Below, piece after piece: positions 25,871 to 38,694 of a stretch of 64,000 nt of DNA. The notes under the pieces are model-generated. The model searched no databases. It had not been told where the DNA came from and saw only the letters and a list, made by a program, of their open reading frames with translations. The stretch's first letter is position 1, and each line of letters starts with the position of its first letter. The position numbers and the translations under genes are program-made. This DNA is from Squalus acanthias (Eukaryota): NCBI GenBank assembly GCA_030390025.1, contig CM059433.1, positions 6,200,001 to 6,264,000 of the forward strand, read 5' to 3'.

Positions 25871-26544
25871 GACACTGTCACTTTGTCATTCAGCAGGCAA
25901 AAACTTTCTACCTGTAGTTGACACCTGCTGAATGATAACGGTGCTGTCAAATGTGAAATGTACCCTGATAATACATTGGAATGTGATGCATGAGATGGGC
26001 TGAATGCTCATCCAGTTGCGTTGGTTGTCTTAGTTTGCAGATGTGTTTTATTTAGCATAACAGTCTAGTTTTTTTTTAAATGACTCTGTTAAGAGTTGCA
26101 CAAAGAGTAATGATTGAGCAAACTGTTGATGTCTTAAAGATGTGCTTTCGGTTCCATGAGAGTTGGTTGGGGAGGCGGCTTTGGGGTATGCTCCTTGCCT
26201 AGTTGTATGTAGTCATGTGGCCTGCACAAATTTGTTACCCAAAAAGGACTGAATGTGGACATTCCTGGGGAGGTCTCTAGCTGCTTTGAAGCCAGAAGTA
26301 TATGAACGAGAGCATCAGGATGACCATCACTCGGAGAACCTCTCAAGGTGTATCAGAGTACAACTGATCACCAGTCGTCTCTTCTGTTTAATCACAGTCT
26401 ACCTGTGTCACCACTGCCTTAAATCCTTCTTCCCCCCCCCCCCCCTTCAAATGAAGAACTAATCCTTAAATTTGGTAGCCTAGAACATCACAACACATCT
26501 TTGCCATGTCAAGAAACCACCTAATTGAATAAGTGAGCAAGTAA

Positions 26545-26912
26545 GTACTATCTCTGTAACTTCCTCCAGCCCTACAACCGCCCCCCCCCCCCCCCCCCCC
26601 CCCCGAACTCTCCATTACTCCGACTCTGGACTCAAGTGCATTCCTTCCCCTCCCCTACTCAACCATTGGTGCCCATGTCTTCAGCCCCCTGCATCCACAC
26701 TCTGGAATTCCCTCCCTAAACCCCTCTGCCTTTCCACATCCCTGTCATCCTTTAAGACCCTGCTTAAAACCCGGCTCTTTGAACAAGCTTTTGGTCATCC
26801 CATTTAATGTCTCCTTTGGTTCAGCGCCTCTTATCTTTTTGATTATGCTTCTAGGAGTTGCCTCAACATTTATCTACGTTACAGGCACTGTACAATTGCA
26901 AGTTGTTGCTGT
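26545..26912 (+). mobile_element. L2 3' fragment with expanded poly-C
   Basis: CTCTGGAATTCCCTCCCTAAAC...TGCAAGTTGTTGCTGTTG. Confidence 0.75.
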
Positions 26913-28879
26913 TGATACGCAGCACAGTGACATTAAGCATTGGAGCACTGATGCTAGGTGCCAACGAGTGGGATGATGCAGCTACAGTCCTCCGAGCAGA
27001 GCCGTGGTAAGTGTTGGTAGCATGTTTATTGGAAGCTGCAGCATCTCCCAGCAGGAGGAAGGAAGATTGAGCATGGAAGTTCAACCTGAGCAGTTTCTTG
27101 TGACCAACCAAAGGAGGCATTGGTTGAGGTTTGGAAGCAGGCCAATTGTCTGCCCTCTTGTAACAGTTCTGAATTTACTTGGGTATCTTTTATATTGGGA
27201 CAGTGACCCCATAAAAATGCAATTCTAGTCGAGAAACATTGCTATACTGCAAAACTCCATGATTAATTACTTTTCCTGCATTCAAGAGGATGGAGCAGTA
27301 AATTTTTAGCTTTTTTCTAAATCCTTGAATACTGTTGGTGGAGGATGATCATGCCTTTATAAAATCAATTTGGCCTTTGTGAGTCAACTCTTGCATGTTC
27401 TCCAATTTTGATTCTAACTATTTATAGCCAGAATTTAGCAAAGGTAGTTACAGAAATTGTGGCAAAGCTTCAAAATGCATCGTGCCCTTATTTAAAGAAC
27501 ATTGAACATTTCATTCGTTTTTTCAAAATCTTTGGAATCATAACCTCGTACATTAGAGAATCCATTTTCTAGCATCAATTTTTTTGTTGTCGCTGAGAAA
27601 CTGAATTGCAGCTGCTTGTGCTGTTTCAGGTAATATGACACCAGGATAGACTGCTGCTTGTGTGTGACCTGCATATATATAACACTCCTCAAAATTGTAG
27701 CAGCTATTATACATCTGCAGCAATTCAGATAAAAGTAAAATCAATGTTCTATAGGATTCTGGGATACTTGAGAGTTCTTGAGAACATAACTGGTTTTGCA
27801 AAGTCCTTGAGATTGTGCAGAATCACACATTGTAGCTGTAGGGCCACAAGGAATGAAGGCTTCTTTAGATAACAGGTGGGAGTGCAGAAAAATTGGGTTA
27901 TTCTTGGAACACTTTGGTGTTATAAAATTCTCCTTATAACAGCTTCTTGTTGCCTATAGTTAATGTAAAATAACTTTTTTTCTATTTTATACCAAATTAT
28001 AAATCGGTTTTTAATTTCTTACCTTATTACATACCTGATAGCAGCTTTTTTTGATGGACCAATAATAGTGACACTGGGTTGTCCTGGTGAATCAGCACCA
28101 CAATGTCCTTCTTAGGGCACCACTAATGTGGAAAGAATCATATGGCCCAATCAAACTAAAGGAAGCCAAAATAAGCAACAAGATCCCAACAAAAGCAAAG
28201 GGATACATTGCCAACTAAATCAAAATGTTATCAGTGCCTACAAGACACTCTATACCCTGCAGTGCCCAATGCTTAGGAAGGCATTAAGCATACTGGTGGA
28301 CACCGCATGCTCCCTCTCCCTGGGCACGGACAAGACCGCGGAAGAGTGTCAGCCAGCCAGTGCGAATGCCCCACCCTACCCACCTCCCCTCCATGGACTT
28401 TGCCCATCCTAGACCTACAAATTGCTGTTTTAGCCAGGCCCGCGATTAGATCCCCAGATTACCCACCCCCTCCACACCAGGCGACCAAAGATTAGGAGCG
28501 TGGAGCTAAAGTGTGACCAAAAGTTGAAGAGCAACCCCTTCAGATAACTATACAGGGGCTGCAACTTCTCGCACTATATATCCATGGACTCCTCTAGGCC
28601 ACAAAAATCACGTGGCCTGGGAGTCTGAAGGTGCTTAAAAAGCTGTTGTGCGCTACTGCTCTGTTTAAAAACGAAACATAAAAGTTTCTAAGTCAGTAAA
28701 TGCTACAGGTAACATTTTCTGTTTCAATTAAGTAATCCTTTCTGGATGCAGAAATACCAATAGATCTAAGTGCTGTGAAATCCCCACATGTCCAAATTTC
28801 CACAAATTCGAAGTTTCAATTTGGTTTGTTTTTTAAATAAAAATTTTTTTTGTCCCTTCTGGATGCTAGGGATGGCCCT

Positions 28880-29276
28880 AAATTGGCTCCCGCTCCACTG
28901 ACACCTTGATTTCAAAATTCTCATTCATGTGTTCAAATCCCTCCATGGTTAAACCCCTTCCTATTTTTGTAACTTTCTCCATCCTTACAATCCTCCAAGA
29001 ACTCTGCGCTCCTCCAACTCTGACCTCTTGTGCATTCCCCGCTCCCTTCACCCCACCATTGGTGGCCTTGCATTCAGCCGTATAGGACCTATTCTCTGGA
29101 ATTCCTTCCGTAAACATCTCGACCTCTCAAGATGCTCCTTCAAAACCTTGGTTAAAATGGTAGGTTTTAATCATTCATCCTAATATCTCCACCTTTGACT
29201 CGGTGTGAATTTCTGTCTGATTAAGCGCCTTGGGACGTTTTACTACATTAAAGGCGCTTTATAAATGCAAGTTGTA
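28880..29276 (+). mobile_element. L2 3' fragment
   Basis: Reverse complement similar to 56300-56710. Confidence 0.75.
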
Positions 29277-29422
29277 ATGGCTCATTAGCCAATAGCAACC
29301 CTCTGGTATTTTGCCAAAGTCGCTGTTATAATTCAGGCTTCCTCCTAACGTTCAAGCTCACCGTAAAAGGCAGTTTCCATAAGCAGCCCTGCACCTCTTA
29401 AAACTGAAAGTGAAAAGAATAG

Positions 29423-30060
29423 TGGGCCGTATTTTCCGATCGGAGGATTCCCGCGTGCGGAAGCCTCCGACCTGGAAAAAAATCTACGCACTTACCTGAG
29501 GGCTCCCGAGGTGCGTATAGTTCCGATGCTGGGGGTCTCGAACTGCAAGTGCGCAGGACCTACGTATCCCAGGGGCGCATGCGGTTCACAAGCGTCCCTG
29601 GGATCACGTGGGCCATGGGGAGCCAATCAAGAAGGGAATCTCCCTTCATACACTTGACAGATAGACCTGTCAAATATATGAATGGAGATCACCCCAAAAA
29701 CACTAAAACATTAAATACATTTTTTTTTATCACATTTTTAAAATTAGTTGAAATTACAATAAATTAAATACTTTAAACAAAAATTTAATTTTTTGAAAAA
29801 AATTAGTTTTTTACAGGGCTAAAAATAAACTTACCTTTTTTAAAGTATTTTTAAATGATAAATGACTGGAAAAAAATATTTTTTCTTTTACTTTTTTTCA
29901 ACTCTTATCCTGGTAAAAGCAGGCGGAGGATCTGTCAAGAGCATTCTTGACAGATCGGAAATGCCGGTTTGCTGTGCATGCCTGAAACCGGCATTTCCGA
30001 TGTCCCTACGGGTGTGTACACAGCGCGTACCCACCCATAGGGATCGGAATATGCGGGCCA
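29423..30060. mobile_element. Harbinger-type MITE, ~638 bp
   Basis: Imperfect TIR TGGGCCGTATTTTCCGATC / GATCGGAATATGCGGGCCA; flanks TAG and TTG; AT-rich centre, CpG-rich ends. Confidence 0.75.
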
Positions 30061-30659
30061 TTGTTCCTTGGGGCTAATGATCTACCCTTTACTATTGAAT
30101 TATACCAGATATAGTATCCTGATCTTCAATAGGCAAAAAACAGCATGCTGACAGATCATATACTTTGGGTTAAACTACAAATTGTTTATGACAAGAAGAA
30201 AATGTGCACAGAAGTTAAACCAGTGGATAAAAATATGAATACAGGACTTGACTTCCTCAGTACATTCAACAGTGCTAAATCCAACATAACTTTCAAGATT
30301 CTTTGTCTCTTCTCTTTTCAGATTTCCTTTGGAATTGTACACTTTGATTTTATTTACACAATCAGCCAACTTTCTGCTTCTTGAGTTCTGTCATGCCACA
30401 GTGATTTGGACATGCATTTTTTCAAATGAACTAACGACGTACAGTAATCTCAGCCCCTTTATACCAAAAATAAGTCTTCAAGTCATTGGTGTGAATTTTG
30501 ATACAATATGAGCTTCCCTAGCAAAATACCTCCTGATGAGATACAGATTATAATTCTGCCTTTCTTGTAGTGGCAAACGTGAACATTGAGGAGTTAATCA
30601 AACCAATTTTGTTCTAATATGGGTCTGCCTTCAAATGTGTAAAATGAACTGAGCTGTTG

Positions 30660-30784
30660 AGGGCAATTTTGACTTTGGGCGATAGTGTAAAACTTCCAAT
30701 GGAAATAAAAATCGGGAGAGATGTATAGCAGGCGGCTGATCTGATATCGCCCGATTTACACGATCGCGCAGTCAAGATTACCCA
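30660..30784. mobile_element. Short palindromic MITE
   Basis: GGGCAATTTTGACTTTGGGCGATAGTGTAAA with an imperfect inverted end; second copy at 57497-57665. Confidence 0.7.
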
Positions 30785-30831
30785 CCCCCCTGCCCTTTCG
30801 AGCTCGCATCTATATCCCATATAGGCCTTTA

Positions 30832-31140
30832 CAAAGTATTTACAGCACAGAAACAGGCCATTCGGCCCAACAGGTCCATGCCGGTGTTTATGCTCCACAT
30901 GAGCCTCCTCCCAACCTTCTTCATCTAACCCCATCAGCATATCCTTCTTTTCCTTTCTCCCTCATGTGCTTATCTAACTTCCTCTTAAATGCATCTATAC
31001 TATTCGCCTCAACTACTCCCTGTGGTAGCGAGTTCCACATTCTAACCACTCTTTGGGTAAAGAAGTTTCCCCTGAATTCCCTATTGGATTTATTAGTAAC
31101 TATCTTATATTTATGGCCCCTAGTTCTGTTCTTGCCCGCA
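30832..31140 (-). mobile_element. CR1 3' fragment
   Basis: Reverse complement matches 16370-16690. Confidence 0.8.
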
Positions 31141-32759
31141 ATCGCATAAAGTCAATACCTATTCCAGTGAGTTATTTAAATCTGGGAGTCCGGTTATTTG
31201 AATCTGGGAGTCATCACAATACTGGCCCTCCTCCAGCATTCGTACAGAAAGTCTTTGTGTGGTTCAAAACCACATGGTTCATTTGTGGCGATTTGTACAC
31301 TGTATTTTAGGGAAATCCTATTTTGTTATTTTAAAGGAATCTGATCGTTCCTCTACCCTCCTCCCAGTAAGGTGATGTTGTATATCTTCAGTTCCAGATC
31401 CCTTGTAAGTTGGTGCAGTAGAAGTTACACCTATTCAGGAAAATCAAGCTTGGATGCGTTAATACAGCTTATAAAACCTGTTTTTACTGCTTGAATACAT
31501 TAATGTTGATATCCATATATTATTACATGAGTGCAGGCCATATTACTCTTGTTGCTTGGATTCATGACTACAGGCCATATATTACTCTTGATATTTTAGA
31601 ATTACATTAAAAGACCACCACCATGAAAAAAAATCTTGCATAAACCTTTTGTTTGTTTGTAAACATATGACATGATCGGGCGCATCATCGCACCTAGTCT
31701 CTGTAATGTAAACGTGGCAAAAATGATGCAGAGCTATTCTAGCTCTGCTTCCTCAAACAGATTTACTAAACCATGATGACACTGGTCCTTTTAAATGAAG
31801 TTCTTGTGGCACCGGTTTTGTTAAGTGAAAGGTTTTTAATGCTGTATATTTTTGCAACAATGTCAAAAATATAATGACCTTGCAACTCTAAATGCGTGGC
31901 TTTAGTGCATGAATAACATCTCTCCTAGCATGCAAATGTAACTATGACAAAGTAGCAAAACATTTTGCACAATGTATAATATGTTCGGAGCAAGGTCTAA
32001 AAAGTTAAACCTGTGCCAATTTAGCCGAGCTGGATCAGAAAGATCACTAGGATTGCAAGAGAGAAAATGATTGTTCTAAGCTGACGTGAATATATTAATG
32101 TAGCCAAATGTATAACTTGAGATGAGGTTTGATGTTGAAAATGCGCTCGTGGTGCCTTCCCCCAATAGTTCACTGGTTAAGGCAGTGAGTAGTTGAACCA
32201 TACAGATGAGGAGGTCCCAATTTTAATCGTTCATCTGTACTGAGTTGGTTGAACTCACAAGGAGCAGTACAATTGACCTCTGTGCCACTGAGGGGGAAAT
32301 TGTCCCAGCGTTTCACTTCTGATCACTAATAATCCTGGTGGAAGTGCATACGTGAGGATGTCTGATAAAGATTGGATTGGACTGGACTGGACTGTGATGC
32401 CGCCATTGTCAAATAGCACACTAACAACAACTTGAATTTATATAGTGCCTTTAACGTAGTAAAATGTCCCAAGGTGTTTCACAGGATCGAAATCAGACAA
32501 AAATTGACCGAGCCAAAAAGAAATATTAAGAGGCATGACTGAAAGCTTGGTCAGAGGTAGATTTTAAGGTGCATCTTAAAGGAGGAGAGAGAGGTTTAGG
32601 AGAGGGATTCCAGAGCTTGGGGCCAAGATATTCACTATCATGAGTGAATAATGGCCAATTGAGTGAGGTACCAGAGGGCAGGTAGCATCCATGGACAGTA
32701 AAGTTGTAAATGTTAAAGTGGATGCAGATCTAATACTGGAGAGAATATGGGGTCTCATC

Positions 32760-34040
32760 AAATTGAGCTGCTGGTCAAAACGGCATTCACCTGAGGATGG
32801 TCAAAGAAATGGACTCTGTGCTAAGTGAGCCCTTTGCTTATATAATAGCTCACAAAATCTGGAATCATTCCTATGGAATGGAGGGAGGCTCATGTACCGA
32901 TTTTCGAAAATGACAAGACAGAACCAGGAAATTGTAGGCCCATTAGCTTGACGTCCGTTATAGGAAAGTTCTTAGAAGTGATCATTAGGGATACTCTGTA
33001 TGACCATCTTGACAGAGAAGGGTTATTAGGGACTCGCAACATGGCTTCTGGAAAAGGTGGTCATGTTTTATCAACCTGGTTGAATTCGTTGAGATTACTA
33101 GGTTAATGGATGAAGGTACATTATACATTTAGATTTTCAAAAAGCTTTTGACAAGGTGCCACAGAAGAAATTACGATATAAAACAGTCCTGTGGGATTGG
33201 CGGGTGGATCCTGGGTTGGATAGGGAATTGATTGCATTCTCGGAGACAGAGAGTTATCATTAATGGTAGTGGTTCAACACATTACTAGTGGAATCCCACA
33301 GGGATCGGTGTTAGGACCGTTACTCTTCACAATTTATATTAATGATCTGAATGAAGCCACTGGGCCTACTGTCTGCAAGTTAGCAGATGACATGAAGATT
33401 TGTGCCAGTGTCAGAACCCTTGAGGGAAAAAAAACAATCAGATCTAGTTGCAATGGGGGAATGGGCATTTCATGTAGATAAATGTACTGTTATGCATGTG
33501 GGTAGGGCTAATGCCAAGCACGTACATACATGCTAGGTTTTGAATTAATGTGAGTTGAGTGGGAAAGAGACCTGGGTGTGAATGCATGAATCTCTAAAGG
33601 TTCATGACCAATGCTGAGAGGCTATAGCAAAAACAAATAGAGTATTAGGATGTATAGCTAGGACAATCCAATATAAAACAAAAACCACAATAGTGTCCTT
33701 GTACAAAACCTTGGCCAGGCCTCATCTAGAATATTGTGTCTAGTTCTGGTCCCCAGATATTGAGGCCTTGGAAGAGGTTCGATGAAGGCCTATTAGATTA
33801 ATACCTAATTTAAAAACCTTTAGCTATCACGATAACTGGGTCTTTTTACTCTAGAAAAGCATAGATTTCTGGGTGACCTAATTGAAGTATTTAAAATGAC
33901 TGTGTTCACGTAGATAGATTATTTAAGTTAGATAGGTTATGGAGAACGTGCATATAAGTTACGTAAGCATTAAACTAGTTTAGATGACGGGAGGTTAGTT
34001 CCTGGAGGGGCTGATATCACTGCGTACAAAAGGTAGGTGG
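32760..34040 (+). mobile_element. Decayed CR1 RT region
   Basis: PGNCRPISLTS, GIPQGSVLGP, LADD and RPHLEYCV motifs with many breaks. Confidence 0.85.
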
Positions 34041-35754
34041 GATATTGGGCAATGTACCTCATGGTCACTGTTCTCTCCTAGAACTCATTTTTTGATCGTC
34101 TTCAGGAGTAGAAAGAAATTTGCCAGAATTATTTTTTCCCTAATAATTGAAATATTAATATTAATTGAAAGGTACATTTAATTGAATTTTGTACATTATG
34201 GAAAGACATTTGATTCATATCAAGTCTGTAAAGCTTAGCTGTGTAATTTGTGTATCATTTTTTAAATTAATTTTGCAGATATTTGATATATAGACCTATA
34301 ATGTACAAGACAGCATCCTATAGGGTTACATAACCTCAATTGGGCTGCCCCCACTAGTTTCCCTGAATTGGCGTAGGTTTTTTTTAAAGTGTCTTTTGCT
34401 TCTCCCAGGAGGTTTCATGGCTGCTGGTGGGTGGGCAACATTGAGAGTCATGTTGCCTAGTTGCTGGTCTTTTTCTGTGTGTCTTTTTCGTATGTTCGTA
34501 ATTGTACTTCAGCAACAACTCGGCATCTTGAGCATAGGAGGAAGGAAGCGTTAACGGGTGGGGGGAAAAAAAGAGAAAAGATACTAGCAGTAGTTTATGC
34601 AGATAGACTCCAGATTTTGCGATGTTTCAGTGTTAAACTCGAGTTTCATCAGACATGGTGGGTTGACACAAAGCGATGGTGAAAGCAGTCCTCTGTGTTT
34701 ACTGCTGATGAATACAAAGGCTTTTCAAAGCTCTTGGGCTTTCATTTGTTGAAACCTGTTGAAACCAGTAATGGGCAAAAAGTTGTGCTGAGTAAGTTAT
34801 TTCAATCTGAAGAATCATTGTTTGGTAGCCTTGAAATGGGAAAGCCTAGGCAGGAAAGCTGCTTTTTCCTTTAATTTTACCTTGTAAAAAATGTCATTAT
34901 TCCAAATGAGATGTATTACAAATAGACAGGCAAAACATAACCTATTACATTTAAATATGGATAATACAGCATCTTTATTTGTGGTCACTGCAGGGATGCA
35001 GGGACAACACTTTGTCAGTTTTCTTTTATCATTATTGAGGTCCATCTGTGAACGATTAACACAACAAGAAAGTGATGTGAATTCTACCATTGTTGGGAGT
35101 CATTTTAATTCTTTTACCCTAAAATGTTCTCCATTCCTGTCCTGACGTTACCGATTCATGTTGGGGTACAGTTTCATGAGTGCAAGTGACCATTCTTCAT
35201 GTGTGAGCATAAACAGTGAGTTATGCTGAATGTATGAAAACAGAAAATGCTGACAACACACATCTAAGTAATCGTCTCTTCAGAGGGTATGACCAGCATT
35301 CGTAGGTTTCCCTTTTATCTCTAATAGAACTTCTGACTGCAAGTTGAGTTTTGCACATCGTGTACCTCATTGTTTGAAACATACATGGTGCATTACTTAT
35401 AAAAGCAGAGAAAGAAAGGAGTCTGAAATCAGTATAGTCCATAGAGCAACATGACATTGAAATCGGGTATGACTTGAATCGTAATTTTAATAGTCACATA
35501 TAAATACTTTACAGAACCATCTCTTGATTATAATATCCTAGCTAGTTATTTAGTGAGCCTGTAGATCATGTTTGACTCTGGACCAGCATGGCCCTGTCTC
35601 TATCACTCTGCAAACAGTATGATTTCAATGTCTCTGTCTGCATTTAATTGAAAACGGGTAAATCCATAGTTCTATGTAAAATGGTGTCCAGTATTTGGAA
35701 AGCCTACAGGAATGTTAATTATGGAATTAACTGCATGTCATATTGGTACAACAA

Positions 35755-35990
35755 CACACTAACTTGCATTTATTTAACACCTTTAACATATAAAGTCCCA
35801 AAGCACTACACAAATAGACATAATGAAAGAAGATGGAGCTGGAAAAGAAAAGATTTTGGGGGGGGTGGTAACCAAAGTCTAGGTCAAAAGGATGTGTTTT
35901 AATGAGGTTTTTAAAGATGGAGAGAAGTGTGTTGAGGCGGAGAGGTTTAGGGAGAGAGTTCCAAAAATAGCTTACCCCAGGCATCAGGCC
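35755..35990 (-). mobile_element. L2 3' end flanking the minisatellite
   Basis: AACTTGCATTTAT tail and GAGAGGTTTAGGGAGAGAGTTCCA. Confidence 0.7.
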
Positions 35991-36002
35991 TTTTCCCTCA
36001 AA

Positions 36003-37313
36003 ATGGCGGCGGGTTTGAGGGGGGAGGCGGCGGGTTTGGGGGGGAGGTGGGTTTGAGGGGGGTGGCGGCGGGTTTGAGGGGGCGACGGGTTTGAGGGGGG
36101 AGGCGGTGGGTTTGAGGGGGCGACGGGTTTGAGGGGGGAGGGGGAGGGTTTGAGGGGGGGAGGGTTTGGTGGGGGGCGGAGGGTTGAGGGGGGAGGCGGA
36201 GTGTTTGAGGGGGCGACGGGTTTGAGGGGGAGGTGGTGGGTTTGAGGGGGGTGGCAGTGGGTTTGGGGGGGAGGCGGTGGGTTTGGGGGGGGGCGAGCGG
36301 TGGGTTTGAGGGGGGCGAGCGGTGGGTTTGAGGGGGCGAGCGGTGGGTTTGAGGGGGGCGAGCGGTGGGTTTGAGGGGGGCGAGCGGTGGGTTTGAGGGG
36401 GGCGAGCGGTGGGTTTGAGGGGGGCGGCGGCGGGTTTGAGGGGGCGGCGGCGGGTTTGGGGCGGCGGCGGAGGGTTGAGGGGGAGGCGGAGTGTTTGAGG
36501 GGGCGACGGGTTTGAGGGGGGAGGCGGAGGGTTTGAGGGGGAGGCGGTGGGTTTGAGGGGGGCGGCGGCGGGTTTGAGGGGGAAGGCGGCGGGTTTGAGG
36601 GGGAAGGCGGCGGGTTTGAGGGGGGCGAGCGGCGGGTTTGAGGGGGGCGAGCGGCGGGTTTGAGGGGGGCGAGCGGCGGGTTTGAGGGGGGCGAGCGGCG
36701 GGTTTGAGGGGGGCGAGCGGCGGGTTTGAGGGGGGCGAGCGGCGGGTTTGAGGGGGCAGCGGGTTTGAGGGGGCGGCGGCAGGGTTGAGGGGGGAGGCGG
36801 AGTGTTTGAGGGGGCGGAGTGTTTGAGGGGGCGACGGGTTTGAGGGGGGAGGCGGAGTGTTTGAGGGGGGCGGCGGTGGGTTTGAGGGGGGAGGCGGAGG
36901 GTTTGAGGGGGGGAGGCGGTGGGTTTGAGGGGGGCGAGCGGTGGGTTTGAGGGGGGAGGCGGTGGGTTTGAGGGGGGCGAGCGGTGGGTTTGAGGGGGGA
37001 GGCGGTGGGTTTGAGGGGGGCGAGCGGTGGGTTTGAGGGGGGAGGCGGTGGCTTTGAGGGGGCCGAGCGGTGGCTTTGAGGGGGCCGAGCGGTGGGTTTG
37101 AGGGGGGAGGCGGAGGGTTTGAGGGGGCCGAGCGGTGGGTTTGAGGGGGCCGAGCGGTGGGTTTGAGGGGGGAGGCGGTGGGTTTGAGGGGGGCCGAGCG
37201 GTGGGTTTGAGGGGGGTGAGCGGTGGGTTTGAGGGGGCCGAGCGGTGGGTTTGAGGGGGGAGGCGGTGGGTTTGAGGGGGCCAAGCGGTGGGTTTGAGGG
37301 GGGAGGCGGAGGG
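36003..37313. repeat. G-rich minisatellite, ~19-23 bp units (GGGTTTGAGGGGGGCGAGCGGT and variants)
   Basis: Directly visible tandem array of about 60 units. Confidence 0.97.
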
Positions 37314-37621
37314 GTAAAGTTGAGTGTCTTCCTAGTACATGTGCAGCCTGATGCCATGTCATCTGATGACGTGGTGGGAATGGCGTGGACTTCCAGAGCC
37401 ACAGTGTCTGGCCAGCAGTCACAAGTTCCTCCGATCATGAATAGTTGCAGAACAGCTGTCTGATCAATACATTTCTTCTTATTCCCCTTTCAGTCCAAAC
37501 CCTCTTAAGCATTTGAAATGCATTTCATCACATAGGAGGAATGTTTTGTTCCCAGATTAGTTTTCACATTAGTGTAATGATGTAAAAGTTCATTTGATGT
37601 CCTGTGTACAGTGTTTGCTAT

Positions 37622-37704
37622 GTGATGAAAATGTTCTGGTCGTGTGTGTGTGTGTGTCTGTCTGTCTGTGTCTGTGTGTGTGTGTGTGTGTCTGTCTGTG
37701 TGTC
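37622..37704. repeat. (TG)n/(TCTG)n microsatellite
   Basis: Directly visible. Confidence 0.95.
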
Positions 37705-38694
37705 TGAAGAAGATAACTTTTGGAAGGATTCCATCCAGGCTTCACGCTGCCACATAAGCAATTTTGCAGTGTTCCAGTGTATGACCAGAAATAACCTTCA
37801 GTTGGAGCCCTTTGTCTGAAGTACTATGTTGGTACTACACTAATTATATTTTGGCAATGTATAATCCTGTGCGTCAACAAGTGAAGATGTGGCTTTTCAG
37901 ATTTCAAATTATATTCAATTCAAAAACACAATCACATGTTCATGATCTATTGTGAATATTTAAAACATTTTGATAAGAGTGCACGCCGCATTTGTTTATT
38001 AAAAATGGATTTCAACGGGGCTCTTTGATGGTTAGATCTTTGAGGTACTCTTATACAATGGCCAGCAGCCATATGACAAAATGCTACTGACTAATTAACG
38101 AAATGGAGAGACCGATAACTAACTCCAGGCTGAGTTACAGTAAGCCATTCGTCACCAGATTACAAGTTTCTGATGAAATGCTCAATCAGTTTTAGTTCAA
38201 GCTTACTTTAACCAAAGATCATTTGTTGTAATTGAATGCGAATGAATATAGTTTTGAAACGTGCAAAAGATTCAAAGCAAAATTTCACCATTGCTATTTT
38301 TGGTGCACTTCCACTATAACTTTGGCTATCCAGGCGGAAAACGGGGGCAAAAAGGACCAATTTTGTGGGGCTATTTCTTAGACCCAAAGATGTCTGAAAT
38401 ACATCTGAAACCATAGTTGGTCTGGCAGGGGGTTATTTGGGAAAAGGGTGAAAACAGGTGCTAAGTGGATGCTGTGCCTGTTTAAAAGTCTGGTTTTAGC
38501 CAGTAATTTTGGGACTAACTGATGATTACCAGGATTTAAATGTGCCTGGAGGCGCTAAAAACAGACACCTGTACGTTTAGCACTAAAGTGCTGATTAGGA
38601 GCAATTTTCCTGCAGCGGTGTATGTAGCCTCCACACATGCACTTCCACTGAAGGCGTGAAGTGCGCTGGCTGACAGACAATAGTACGTATCAGG

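Noticed and set aside
31527..31591. Short tandem duplication (also 8843-8878 and 47379-47420)
   Set aside because: Ordinary local slippage duplications with no further structure
36003..37313. Telomeric repeat or CRISPR array
   Set aside because: No (TTAGGG)n run and no unique spacers between repeats; eukaryotic context
35984..37438. 484-aa and 474-aa proline-rich 'extensin-like' ORFs
   Set aside because: Artefact of a C-rich minisatellite strand lacking stop codons in several frames; no gene structure
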